From Phoronis australis (taxonomy: Eukaryota > Animalia > Phoronida): a stretch of DNA of 64,000 nt. A program made the translations under genes and the position numbers. Below the pieces are notes generated by a model. That model ran no database searches, had not been told where the DNA came from, and was given only the letters and a program-made list of their open reading frames with translations. Positions within the stretch are counted from its first letter, which is position 1. Each line of letters starts with the position of its first letter. Location: the NCBI GenBank assembly GCA_002633005.1, contig NMRA01000086.1, positions 186,001 to 250,000 of the forward strand, read 5' to 3'. This document shows positions 44,201-57,955 of this stretch, in pieces.

Positions 44201-47200
44201 TATTTGGCAGTGTAGTCAAACTTTTTCGCAATAATAGAATTTTGTCAAATTGTTGTCAGAGATTAATGTGATGTTATTGTGCCTAGCTGTTAATTGTTTA
44301 TTTCTGTCATGGACTTGTGCAGAAAGTTGTCGTGATTTCAACAACCTTGATAGAGCTGAACCTGTCGAGATTGATTTTAGTAAAAAATAAACAGATATTT
44401 AGTCGTGCTTTTGTGCACTGAAACTTTGTCGAATTTTGCTGTTGTTCAGCCTCTTGAAAATTACCACATGCATCGTTTCTGGTTAAAACACTTAAATGTT
44501 GCCTTAAAAACCCTGTCATGTTTTCATTTATTTTTTCTCTTCTCTTCTCTCATCTAAGCAGTAGTCTTTTGACATTTCATAGATTCAACGAGTTTGCCAA
44601 ACAGGCCGCTGGAGAGACAGGTCGAGCCCCATCCACGAGGGCACTACTGTTTGACATCTCTTTCCTCATGCTATGTCACATGACCCAAACATACGGGATC
44701 GAGGTATGCGTTATTGTTCGATGTTTCTTGTACAAATTTGCTGACCAGCAATTTAAGAGAGTAGTTCTTCAACAACTCAAAATATTTATGGAAGGTTGAA
44801 AAGTAAAAGGTGTTTCTGTAATATTTCTAAACAATGATTTTGCCAAAAAGTTGTTTAGTTGATATTTACCTAGTTTTTCAAATATTAATTTGCATTTTGC
44901 ATAGTTACATTCGTACAATTAATAAGATGAGGACATACATTCACACGCACGCACACACACACACATGTATATGTGAGTTTTTTCATTATATTTATTAGTA
45001 AGCTGTATCAACAATGTAGTTGTTAGTCAAAAATGACCAGCCAGAGTCTCCATTGTTCAGTGTATTCCACAAACTTCTTATTTTTCAGGAGAATGTATTT
45101 TTGAATAATTATTCAGTTCGTGTTCTATATGATTGCAAAAAGTGTTTATATTTAAAGAACACTTTCTGAATCTACAACTGTAAATGAAATTTCTGCACTG
45201 CAACAATGCCCAGTTGAAGACTTTGTTGTCTTTTTAACAATATTCTGAAAATCATCATCTTTCTATTTAGTTAAACATAAACCCCTCTTAGCCAACAACT
45301 AAGCACTAACATGTGACAGAAAATTCCCAGTCACATTACATTAAAAAATATAATATGTTGTAGAGATTCTCTATTTACATTACAGAACAAGGTACATTTT
45401 TCAGGGTCAGATATATGTACTTTAAACAAGAACAAATTGGTAGCCATATTCTGTATTGCAACCATCGTAATGAAGATCCTTCAGTTGATGTTAATGTGTA
45501 ACACACATCTTTAAGATCACTTACCAAACCAGTCTGGGGAACAAATGAAAAAATCTGTTGTCCAATGGAAAAATAAATATAAATAAAAAAATTGTCTGAA
45601 ACTAACTTTTGTTTTGCTTTAGGTAATCACCGAAAACGTGGAGAGCCGAGACTCATTCTTTGCCCAGTGGTCCATCAAATACCTGGGCGATCCTGCTACA
45701 TCGCCCCCTGACATTATGTCTTCTGGGGTTGACCAGGCCAAAGTAGACAGCTTACTGGAACAGGTGGCTTCTGGTGGCCAATGGAAGACTGCTATGACGC
45801 GCTGGCATGACGTCTGCATGAACCTCCCGTTTGTCATACAAGAAGTGGTGAATGCAGCCGAATGTGGCGCCATCTCAAGTGATTCACTTAAGGTTAAATT
45901 GTTATTGACGATATCAAGACTCCATCAAGATTATTTCCTGTTTGTAATTTTGACATATGACGTATCGAGTGGAATGACTTACTAAACAAAACACTTATCA
46001 CAGAAATCTAAGCTTTTCTTTTGCTGTTAATTTAAAAATTGCTTAATCCCTGAGTTTTTTTTACTATTTTCAATTGGTTTTGAATTGTTTGGTATTAAAG
46101 CTAGACAAAATTTTCTCAGTGTTTTCACAAACACATTGAGATCATTGTCATTTGATTGCCAGTGTTTGAAACTTTTCTATGGGAGACCACTTTAATTTTC
46201 TACCATAGTAAGAGCATGCAAGGATGTGTGCAGCTTTGGATTTTTTATATCCAGAGCAAAGATCATGATTCGTTTTGTTACAAAAATTTGGTATGGTTTA
46301 AATTATATATGTCTTATTAACTAAAATCGGCTCCATCGATTTGATATGTACAGACTATTAATTTTTCCATGTGCTGATATATGTAATAAAAACTGCTGAC
46401 TATATTCAATCAAACTGCAGACTATATTCAATCAAGCTGCAGACTATATTCAATAAAACTGCAGACTATATTCAATCAAACTGCAGACTATATTCAATCA
46501 AACTGCAGACTATATTCAATCAAACTGCAGACTTTATTCAATCAAACTGCTGACTATATTCAATCAAACCGCAGACTATATTCAATCAAACTTCAGACTA
46601 TATTCAATCAAACTGCAGACTATATTCAATCAAACTGCAGACTATATTCAATCAAACTGCAGACTATATTCAATTTTGATTTAAGTGTAGGATGATGGCA
46701 GATTCGTATTTTTACTAAACATAGCACTAAAAACTTAGCTTTTCCCTTTAGAATTGGAGAAATCTCAGCTTAAATTACCCCCGCCCCCTCCCCATCTTGT
46801 TAACTAATTCTAATTTGCTGCCGAACAGTTCTGATTTTCATTGTCATTCTCTGTCGTTTGTATCTGAGATCGTCATTATTTCATTTCGCTTTGTTTCCCA
46901 CCTTTTTCTTTGTGTCAAAATTTTCTAATTTGTACCTTCTGTGGCTTTCCTCACATCACCATTCCGTTTGTAATAACTAGACAAATTCAGCAAGATACGT
47001 ATTGTTTGCTCGAGAGCATTATAATATTTTCAGATCATCATGGACCATGTAAAAAGCAGACTCTGTTCCCTGCCAGTGGTGGCCGTAGGTTGGCTTTGCA
47101 CTTACCTAAACACAGTGAGCGAGGCCAACCGGCAGATACCCCTCAACATGATACATCAACTGATGGTCCCATTACAGGGTGACACTGGCAATACTCACTA

Positions 47201-50200
47201 TGCAGAGAGGTGATGCTTTAATAACATTCATTAATTTTTATACTATTTTTTCTCACACACCTTCTTGTAAAAGTACTGTATGAAAGACCTTAAATGTCGA
47301 TTTTTCTCTACTTGTGCTGACTTCAATTTGTTATTGGAAAAGCAGTGTGAGGTCTAACCTCTCATTGAAATTTTCCTGTCCATAGACTTGCAGAACTTGT
47401 GCAAGTAAAATGTGGCAATAGAGGCATTAGACAAAATGCGGTGTATTGCTACTACTGCAAGGGAAAAGGTCTGCACTGTGAACCAGTGCGGAAGGTAGCA
47501 CTGGAAACGGGTGATGTAATAGGGTTTCTTGTTGATATACAGAATGAAGTAACATTCAGACATTTCTATTGTTTGGAAAACAACATTCGTACATTCCTAG
47601 TGGTTCGATGTTGCCAAAAGCCTTTATGAATTACAGCTACTGAAGCAAGTATAAGAACAGACTTATTTGATCCATTCCACCCCACCCAAGCTCTTTGTGA
47701 CACTAAAGATAACATGGCATCAAATATAACAACACAACCATTCACTATATTTTTCCCTCATCCGTTTACAGGCCGTATGTCCAGGACAGACATCCAAACC
47801 AAGGCATGCACACTAACGCCCTCTCATGGGTTTCTGTGTGTTGTTTGGAGACGCATCAGGGATAGAGAGTTTCTTAAAAAATACAAAAAAATAACTGCAG
47901 GTGGTCTGGTCCATATTGTACGAGATGTGTGCAGGCCACTCAGGTGGGCACATTGCCCTGATCACCTGAAACTATTTTTTATGCTTTAGTAATATACAGT
48001 TAAAAAATGGATTGAGGACCTATGATGTTTATTCCATGCAACAATGTCCCTTTAAAACACTGTAACATTATTATCAGGTCGCATTTGATGAACGTTGTTC
48101 TAAAGAAGATGACACAGACGGTGGAGTCAAGCTGGTCCACAGCCAAGCCAGTCACAGACCCACAGTTTCTATCAGAAAATCTCCAGTCAATGTTCAAGTC
48201 AGCTTACAGTAAAACTTGGGTCGACCTAAAAGGAACACGGCTGATGGAACAAGTACTTAGTGTGGCCGGGCCAGATTGGCTGTGCTATAATGTGATCAGG
48301 GTAAGTGATTTATCCTTGTGTGTATCAAAATTCACCCGACACAAGTATGATTATTGAATGCATTCATAGCGGATTAATTGAAATACATTCCTATGAATGC
48401 TGTTGATCAGGTTTGTGTTCTTCATCTTTATCTGATTAATGTCAGAATTGTCGCATACTTCGCATGTTCATCCAAAATGTGACTTGTCGGCTTGTGATGC
48501 ACAATCAGCTGAATCTGCCAGGGGTAAATGGGGGAGATAAGTCTCAATGTCAGCATGTCCGCGACGTTGTAACACTGTAAAACTAAAGCAGTTTTTAAAA
48601 ATCTGAACAATTTATCCATCTGTGGTATAGGTTCACATATCAGTGTCTTTTTAATTGTTTACATTCAATAGACTCACTAATCGTGAAAAGTTTGCAAGCA
48701 GGGCTTTCAAATCCCACAGAGCAATATTGTAGTCAAGACAAAATGGCAAATTGTGAACTTGAATAAATCAAGTTTGTGGTGGTATGTTGAATCTTCGCAT
48801 TGAAACGCCGTTCAGTTCATTTTTTTCATGTGTAATTCGAAATGTTATCTTTTTTTAAAGAAGCAAAACAAGCAGTTCTATTGCAGAACATTGGTTTAAA
48901 CGGCGGTGCTTCGTGGTACTTTAAAGAGACGTTTTGCATGCTTACAAATTTATACATTTAAACAGGAAATAGATATGTTCCTAAAACATTAATCAGTCTT
49001 TGCAGGCCATCTAGCTTACTTGTCTGTCTGTCTCAGTATTAAAAATTGAATTGAATATAATTTTTTATGATCCAGGAAATGCTCAAGTTCAGCCGTATTG
49101 AAGACTTGTCACGTTCATTGTCCCTCGTCTTGTCTGTCCTTCACCTTGACCTTGTGACCCTTGTGCTCAGCCTCCTGCGACATGTCATCCCACTGCTAAT
49201 CCAGCAGCCAATCAAATCGCAGCTGCTTGTCGACCCTAGAGGCTACTTCTTGGCAAAGTTGTGCGTCGCTGCCATAGCCTGTGTCTTGGTGCATAGAAAG
49301 TGGGAGAAAGGTGCGTTGCTAAAGGGTTGTTACGGGTTGGTTGTTTTGAATGGGGAACTGACACCAGCTAAACATTGAATGTGGAGTGAGTACTGTTGAG
49401 ATATGGAAATCTTGGTTCAAAGAAGCTTGCATTGCATTGAAATTTACCACATTGTTGTGTTTTAGTGACAGACAGAATCTTTAAAACATTGTTTTCATAG
49501 TTCTATTTCTTTCTGCTGATCGAATTGTTTTTCAGGCTAACAAAGGTAAAGCCCGTCTGGAGGTTTCAAGAAAACATTCTTTTGTTAACCAAATTTGTTT
49601 GTATTGCCTTCCTCAGAGGCATCAGTCAGTTACTACTTGAAAACACTTCAAATTTGAAGATGTTTTGCAATTATGTTGTGGCCTTAAATGTGCATCGGGT
49701 GCACACAGAAAACAGTTCAAGAACTTCCCAAATCCATAGAATAAACAGTAGGCCTCCATCTCTCATGCATTTCTTCATTTTTCTGGTGAAGCCGGTCCCT
49801 TCAGTTTTCCTGAAGGTGGCACCGTTGAACTGTGGGAGGGGCTGGATGAAAATCGGATGTAAATTTGTTACAGATCAGAAACCCTCGGTGAAGTGTAGAA
49901 GGAAACGAACTCGTGTTGAATATGAAGTGGAAGAAACGGAGACGGATCAGCCGAGTAAAGTACGCAAGCTTCAACCAACTGAAGAGGTGTCCTTCCACTC
50001 TGAGGGATTCAACATGGGTAAGGTTTGAAATAATGGTTTATCATGATGCCCAATTATTTTGATTTTTACACAGAATCACAATGAAAACATGATTACAATA
50101 TTATTTCACTTGGTGTTTCGTTTACTGTTCTCTGTAGAAAATAAGTAATATTTGTGATTAATAAATCACCAGAGAATAACATCAGTGTGACAATAGCTTG

Positions 50201-51624
50201 CGATCACTGGAACAGTTCTTTACTAGCATTTAGTAGCAGCCATCAATTTAAATGCTATTACATTCAGACACTACTGTAGTTATTAGGAACAGTGTACTTG
50301 CTATGTGTTGGTATGTTGCTAACATTTCAACACTGATAAGGTATGAACTCGGGAGGTCACTCATATTGACAAGGTGCCCTCAGGCGTGTACCAAAAATTG
50401 ACGAGAGATCCCCTATTGTGGGACCCAGGTCTGCCGATTCCCAACCCCTTTTGCAACGTAGATTTTTTCTGCCTTGTGGGGATGAAATGGAAATTTAGGG
50501 GCCTGTTGGACTCTGCGTGGATCCTGCCAAGCTTTCTGAAAAAGTACCACCTACCCGTATTTTTTGATACGCGCCTGCGGACACCTTGTCAGTGAGTGAC
50601 CCTTTGGGTGCATGCAGTAGTAGTCCATATATTCTCCTCTCATTTGTAGACTTGCTGTCTGCCAGTGCCGGAGTAGATCAGGTCCCGAAGTATGACACTC
50701 ATGACCCTCTGAACCGTGCCATGGCTGGCCTATTCCGGTTGTTCGATGCAATAGTTGACGTAAAGACCACCAGTCACGTGACCTGTTTCGTGATGAACTT
50801 CATGAAGGAGGCCATCAAAGCTGGACCAGACACCAGTGGATACATACTGCAGTTTGTCATGCCCAGTTATAGTCTGGTAAGTGGAATTACGTTGTACTGT
50901 CAACATTTTGATTAGTGTGGTTTGGCTATTTTAAAATAAATCATATTTACAGTAAATGTCCGCACATAAAGAGACTTGTTTATAAGATGGAACCACTTCT
51001 CATATGAAAGTCACAATATTCAGCATTTGCCTAAATATGACAAGAAACCAGACAAAACCTCTGAAGGCATTTTCATCTCGTTTTATACATGTTGCCACTA
51101 ATGAAGCTCATTACATTCATATTCCTTATCATTGGGTTTTGGATGTTGTATTAAAAGGGAACTGTATTTTATTCTGCATAAATTCTGGATAGTTTTCTAT
51201 GAATTGTTGATTAATTTCACAAATAATTCAACACCAAAAATTAAACTTATGTTCTCTAACGAAGCTCAAAAAATTACCGGCTTGGAGCGCTGCTTAGTCT
51301 CGTGACGTATTTGGCGGGGGCAAAGTCACTNGTCGTATTAAGGCTATACCCGACGATTACCTATGTCATTAAACAGTGTAGTATTTAAGAGTTTATTGTA
51401 CAAAGCATTGTAATCATTCGATATATTATTTGTAAAGCATGTGCAACATAACCCTACAATAAAAAACATTTTATTTTCAGATAAGCAAGCTATCCAGAAA
51501 GATGCCGGATTCATTTACAGAAGGAGAGGTGTTGAAACTATGCGACACATCAGTGCAGGGTGGCCGAAAGGCTGCAGTGAAAATACTGTGTGACATTCAG
51601 AGGATGAATGCTCTCCACTCTTAA
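35281..51624 (+). CDS. MED24: Mediator of RNA polymerase II transcription subunit 24 (about 979 aa)
   Basis: 19 exons in frame (2940 nt): 35281-35416, 36204-36286, 37198-37310, 38409-38635, 39156-39267, 39604-39757, 40114-40227, 41058-41185, 41483-41569, 41788-41890, 42582-42724, 44583-44703, 45623-45892, 47034-47209, 48078-48300, 49076-49310, 49874-50017, 50650-50876, 51481-51624. MED24 signatures: RAWRERWTD, QQAMSGSAPNSLILSYL, ELKWAAFTFLK, LILKAEPTV, RALLFDISFLMLCH, DPRGYFLAKL, DPLNRA. Confidence 0.95.
38085..38465 (+). repeat. Degenerate tandem copies (about 90 bp) of the MED24 intron/exon boundary
   Basis: ATTTGCCTTCTAGGCC...TGTATGGCCC...GTCTCAT.CCTGT..CTACTACAC occurs with acceptor AG at 38315-16 and at 38407-08. 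More decayed copies lie further upstream. Confidence 0.75.
46390..46674. repeat. 22-bp minisatellite, about 13 copies
   Basis: AAACTGCAGACTATATTCAATC repeated. Confidence 0.95.
50355..50600. mobile_element. MITE-like element with about 45-bp imperfect terminal inverted repeats
   Basis: GGTCACTCA...TGACAAGGTGCCCTCAGGCGTGTACCAAAAA pairs with TTTTTGATACGCGCCTGCGGACACCTTGTCAGTGAGTGACC. Confidence 0.65.
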
Positions 51625-54233
51625 CCTCCGTGTTGTGATGAGACTTGAAACACCACAGATCAAGTATGAAGTTGGTTTAAGACTGGGAGATGAAATGTCC
51701 TTGACCTACTCGCAGGCAGCACTGTGTTGGTCTTTTGCATCTGGTCGATTGCTGACATCAAAGCCAATGTTAGAGGGGTGCTTAACTGATCAGATGTTCA
51801 TGTTAAATTCTTATCCGAAGCGCTGTAGAATTTAAAAATTTACAATGCTTATCCGATCTTGAGTTGTTGCTGAATGGGTCAGCTATTCAAGTGAACTCCC
51901 CGGCAAGGAACCATTTTGAAATTTCTAATTTTAGGCCTGGCCAACCCCAAGAAACTGAAGTGTTTTCTTGCGTCACTGACTTCAATGTTCTTGTTGGTAA
52001 CGGAAATAGAGAATTGTAGCATGTTAAGGAATGTTATGACTGATTCTGTGTGCTTTTAAAAATTAAAAGTGGCTTAATTTTTGGCCACTATTTACTGAGG
52101 AAAGCATTTTTATTTATGCGCTGTAGCAACAGATTGTCTTGGCATTGCTCTGCAACTTCTCAATCACAGTTGTAAAGTTAGAACTCTGGGCGTTTCGCTA
52201 ACCTGAATAAATGTGTTGAATGTTGTTGCATACTTGTACACATGTAAGATTCTTTAGCAAAAATAAACTGCTGTTTCTGGCATGGGCGGAAGTCAGTTTG
52301 GATTGCATCTCTGGCGTGAATGTAAAATTTACACATCAAGTTACTGAAAAACCTGCCTTGAATTAAACTGATTGAAATCCTTTTAAAATGGATTAATACA
52401 ATTGCACGATGTTAGTTTTATGTTCCAACAACTTTAATTCTATCTTGTAGTTTACTGGTTTTCTAACATCAGCTGAAGCAAACTATTTTTTCTAGATTTA
52501 AAAAACCTCAAATTTTAGTGTTTTCAATGGAATAGGAAAACATTGAAGTCAGATAGTACCTTATTGACAGTTCTGTATAGCTAGCTAAATATCCACTATT
52601 TAACTCGGCAAAAGTATTTATTTTCTTAAATTTTGTAGAATTTCACTTCCGACTTTACACCAGTTAGCCACTTAGGTCACGTGACCTCGCAATTGGAAAA
52701 ATTTAGCCAAAAACACGGTACATTCAGAGCAAAACAACCAAATCAATAACATGACCAAGTTATGTAAGATAAAACTTTTCAAGATAAAATCTCAAAAATG
52801 TCAATACTTTTTCCTGAATTATCGTTTTGTTTTTATTTAAAGATTTTTCATGAAAATAATATGTTCTATTTTCGATAGCCCCTCGATGCAAAAGTGGAAC
52901 ACTTTAAAAACAATTTATAACACCGTTCTGTAGAACAGTGTACAATGCATAGTATCTGAAAGTTTGATGTGAATCCGACCAGCCATTTGTGAGATACGAT
53001 TCCAAAACTGGATTTTTCTAGAGTTCACATAACCTTAACTTCGCCAACTTCTTTTTGAAGTGTTTTAGCTCCTACAACATCAGTCACATAAGAATGCACC
53101 AATTTCAGTTGATGGCCATTATGTTATGTCTTGGGAGTGTGAATTAAGTTGCTGTGAACAATCTTAAGACCAAAAGTTTATTTTTCATAAATTGAAATTT
53201 CCGTCAACCAATGTCTGCACTAGGGTTTGTCTACTATTTAGCATAATGTTGTAAAATCATTAAATGCCAAAATAATAAAAATTAATGCAAAACCACCATT
53301 TTTCTAAGTATTTGTGATTTAAAAAATCAAATGATTCGTTAGTCAATGACTTGATACATGGTAAACTGTCAAACACCTCTAAGTGATGTAATAAAACGCA
53401 TGAAATTTTATAAACCAAATTTTTTATATTTTTAATAAAGTGTTTTTCAGCTTTCATGCCATGTGGGTAGAAATGTCTCTACTGCTGCTTAGATCTACAT
53501 TGATTTACAGTGCAAAATACTACACATAGTGTACATATAAGTTCTCTACGTTCTTTCGTTGTTCAATGTTTTTGCGAGTTTCTAATAAATTACAGTGTTC
53601 CAAATTCAAATCATGAGGACATGCACATTTCATACCATTTGAGCAACAGGATGCGGCTTGTATGCACCACACACATGCATTCTTCCAAACTCCTAAGTCT
53701 GTTTTCCAGATTTTCCAGAGACACAAAGTGAACTGTTGCACACTCTTAAAGATTAAGAGTTGTATTCTGAACCACGACAAACCAAATACTCTAAACCAAA
53801 ATGCCATGGCCAATTACAATAAACTGTGTAGTAGAAATTTAAAGTTCACCCGACCACCATATACAATGTTTTTACAATGTCACCATCCTTGGATACTACT
53901 CAGTAGCACTATGTATTCAGTGAAATTAATGTGGGGCAAACGTACTGCTGCAGTTAAAAGTGTTGTGAGATTGGTCACTTTCCTTTGCAAACAAGGTATC
54001 TGATTCTGCAATGGTGCTTCATGATGCTGTCAGACACTTTTTTATGGGTACTAAATAAACAACCGAGTAAAGCTGAAGTTGTCTTGATAGTGAAACGGTG
54101 GCGCTTTTTAAAAATACTTAAAGTCTCCAATGTCAAACACTAAAGAAGTAACGTATATGTTCGTCACATCACATAAATAACAATTTTCATCGTTTTTCTT
54201 GTCATCCAAACTTTAATAGTTTGTAACCAAGTT

Positions 54234-57200
54234 TCACTGTTTTGAGTATGGCCACAAAGAAGATAAAACCCCTTTTTTGCTTTTCTTTTCTTTTTCGCTG
54301 CTCTCCAGAGCCTGTTGCACGCCATCGACTGTTCGGCTTTTTAACACACCATTTTCCTCCACGGTCTCTGTCGTGACACCATTCTCCATCACCCTGAAGA
54401 AGAAGCAATACAATGTTAACGGCTGTTCCCTGAGAATTGTGGGACATGTCTAGACGATCTCCTTAAACTTCCATACAGGGTTTTGCTTGGAATATAGAAA
54501 ATAACCAAATGTAGAGAAATCAAAATAAATGTCACGTCAATTTTACACCGCAGAAAGAGAAATACTTAGCCTGGACTGAATAAACAACATCATGAGTAAC
54601 TTCTATTGGATCTTAGGTCACTGAATATGGTAAGTCCCAAAACAATGAATTTAGCACTTCAGTCACATATCAGGCATTCCAACCTTTTTTACAAATTATG
54701 CTAGAGACCCAACAACAGTTTTTGGAGAGGTTCACATACACAAAGTCGCATTGTTGTAGGACTGTCGTGCGATAGTATACCATGCAAAATGGACTAGTTA
54801 GATAATTTGTAATGGTATAATAAACATACAACTGTCACAAGACAGGCATATGATATCGACATTTAAATACTGTTGTGCGTCTAACCTACCAGGACCACAG
54901 GAAGTTCTCAGATAACCGTATATACTGTACAGCAGTTACAAGATGTATCATGGTACAGAATATATAAAAGTTTTCTTCAAAATGTTGTACGACACTGAAA
55001 TACTTTTACAAATGCAAATACTTCACACTGCTTAGTGCCCAACTTCAGTGAGTAATTTCAACTGGACTCTCAATACATCCCAAAACGTTCTCATCCACAT
55101 GCTGGGAAAGAATTGTCACTGCCTATTCACATACAGACCAAACCAGTACCTGAGCAACTATGACAATTGGTATAACCAAGAAATCCCACAATGCTACCAC
55201 TTCAATCCTCACAACAGAAAACCTCCGGATATACGTAGAAACCAGAATGAAAAATATAACTCACTTTTTTGTTACAATTGTCTTGCCATTGACCGTTTTT
55301 GTAGAGGTTGATGTAGACTTGAAGTTGCCTCCCCTGCTCGGCCCACTGAAGGTCGAACTTGAAAACGATGTGAAGCCACCCCTGTAAAACAAACATTCAA
55401 TTATCACTTAAAGCTTTCCCAGAGAATTAACATCACATGCAATGTTTATAACTGCAGACTATTAGAAAATGGAAGAAGTTATTGTAACTTACGAAGTGCA
55501 TTGGAAAAATGGTTTCGGACAGAAAAAAGTCTTTACTCTGTCTTTTTAAAGGTACTTAGCAAGAGAGGTTTATCATTTGCAAGCTAAGCATTGCAGGTAC
55601 GATTATACTGCAGTGAATCTGTGTTGCGATACCATAACAGGGAGTATTATTAGTCTCTTACATGCCATCTATTGTGACCTGAAATGGCCAAAGGCATCTG
55701 GATGTGACCAACAGAGGGGGGTGTTAGAGACTAATGATATTTCCTTGTAAGCAGCGGAGGGTTCGTTAAAATGGGAAAGCCAACATTTTCAGAAATCCAA
55801 CAAGAAATTTCACCCTTCCGTCACCCAATACCTACTTGGATGCTATTTAGTGTTTCCTGGCTTCATTCATGTATGGGGTGACATATCCTGCAGTATGGCA
55901 GTTTTACTTAAACGTGCTTCCACCTGCCAGTCAATCATTACTACACTCCAAATGTCACTCCGGGGAGGGAGTGAGCGGGGAGCAAGAAACTGAATTAGCT
56001 ATATTGTAAATTTGTAAAATGTTTCATGCATAACTAATTGTTGCCAGATCAGTAATAAACTGAACTGGGATACCTGGAAAGGTTAAAAAATTGTAAGAAA
56101 CTAATAACCACATCCCAGTTGTCAATGAAAATACTTGCACAAATCTTCATTAACAATGTCATACAATGGTGAATGATGGCAAAGAATCAAATGCCATAAG
56201 GTCACTTCACTCTAAAACCAGGATGATAAAGGACTCTAGTTCTAGGGAGCTCTGTATTTTTTCTAGCATCCCAAAATATATACCAGGGCCTTCCATTTTG
56301 GGGACAAATATTGGCCCTATTCTCCTGCGAAAACTATTTAAAAATCACACAGATTACCCTTTGTTGGGCCCAAAAATTTACTTCCAACAATTAAAAACTA
56401 TCCTCGACGTTACAATAAATTCTTCAACACGTTCGTTTTGGCTACTTGAGGCATTGCCGATGAAGGGTGGTGACTGCGGGTGGAATTGGTAGTGATTGAG
56501 GGATGGGGGAATTTTCCCCTCCACCTAAAATTTCTCCTCTCAGCAGACACAGGCACTCTGAGGTGAGCGAGGGCCCTATATATGGTTGCACCATCAGGGA
56601 TCTAATATCTTTTTGTGGAGAAACTTACGACAACAGCGGAACTGTCCTCCACACAGTACAAGTGGGCCCGGTTGCATAGAAGTTATACGCTGTGCAGCAA
56701 CAATATGTCCCATAATGGTTGGTAACCATGGTTGTGAAGCATAATCAACCACGGTCAACCACAGTTGCCAACCATAGTCTACCAACGAGGTATTAAAACC
56801 ATGGTCAACCATGGTTTCAACGCGAGGTGTTAAAACCATGGTTGTACAGCCATGGTTGTGCAGCCATGGTTAACTGAGGTACATTTCGCAGGGGTTGTAA
56901 CGCACCTGGCATCGTAGAACAACTTTTCCAGCGCATAAGTTTTAAAGCTTCATGCAACCCGACCCTGAAGTGCAGTTTATGTCAGACGATTCCTTAGTCC
57001 CCATCTAGGTGTCAGTGAGGCTTATCCCACTTAAGGTTTATAGTTCATTGACAAAAAAAATATGACTGCATCAGTCATTTCACCACTTGAAATGGAGATA
57101 ACTGGATATTCAAACTGAAAATGAAAGCTGGAGTTGTAAGGAAGCAGAGGACTAAAAGCAAGAGCTGGTATTTGATGGAATGGGCTGCTAGGATAAAACT

Positions 57201-57955
57201 GATAAACATTACAGAGAAACATAGACTTTGCTGAAGGAAAAAGAAAGGTGATGAATGCAGCAGCTAAAGGGAGACAACTTAACGGTAGACAACTTCTCAG
57301 ACAATATTCTACTAGCCAATAACAAAGAGGTAGCCTTCTGGTCCACGATAGGGTATAAAGTCAACTTAATTTTCAAATACCGAAAACCTTCTTATGTCTG
57401 CAAATTCTCCTATAAATGTCAGATATAAAATAGACTTCCCCTCAGTAACAGGCTTATGTTGTGCTCCTTCCCAAACTTTAGGCACAACAAATTGGCAATG
57501 GCCAGGAAATTTGTCGAGCAACAACTTAACTCAATGTACAGTTGTACCAAGGAGGAGAATCGTGGTCTAAACTTTTTTAACCTGTTGACACACAGCAACA
57601 CAACAACGACTAAACATACATCCAGCAAGACAACATAAAAACGAATGGGAAACATGACAACCCATCTGGTTTCAAGCTTGAATAACTTCACTTGCTAATC
57701 TACAGGTGTCAAGGCATGTAATCGCCATGACCACCACAAGTGAGCAAGCAAACTCTCTCAATGGGCAGGAACGACGATTACCCAAAGCCCATACTAAATG
57801 GGTCCTCCATCATAAAGTGATTGTGGACGGGGGATGTAAAAAACGGCGAGAAACCGCCAAATGGCGACTGCCGCGCTCTGTGTTGATGATGTTGCTGGGT
57901 CCTCTGGTCTTGCACGCGTCCGTCAGGCCGTCGGTGGTACGGATGACTCCGCCTA
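54234..57955 (-). CDS. DNAJB6: DnaJ homolog subfamily B member 6-like (Mrj), 3' part; J-domain exons not found in the window
   Basis: Exons 57955-57782, 55381-55265 and 54393-54234 (TGA) join in phase 2. They encode the G/F- and S/T-rich region and C-terminal domain: GGFTSFSSSTFSG...[46 protein letters not shown], matching the DNAJB2/6/7/8 C-terminal pattern. Confidence 0.85.
56720..56880. repeat. Cluster of palindromic (AA)CCATGGTT motifs
   Basis: At least six CCATGG(TT) copies within about 160 bp. Confidence 0.65.
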
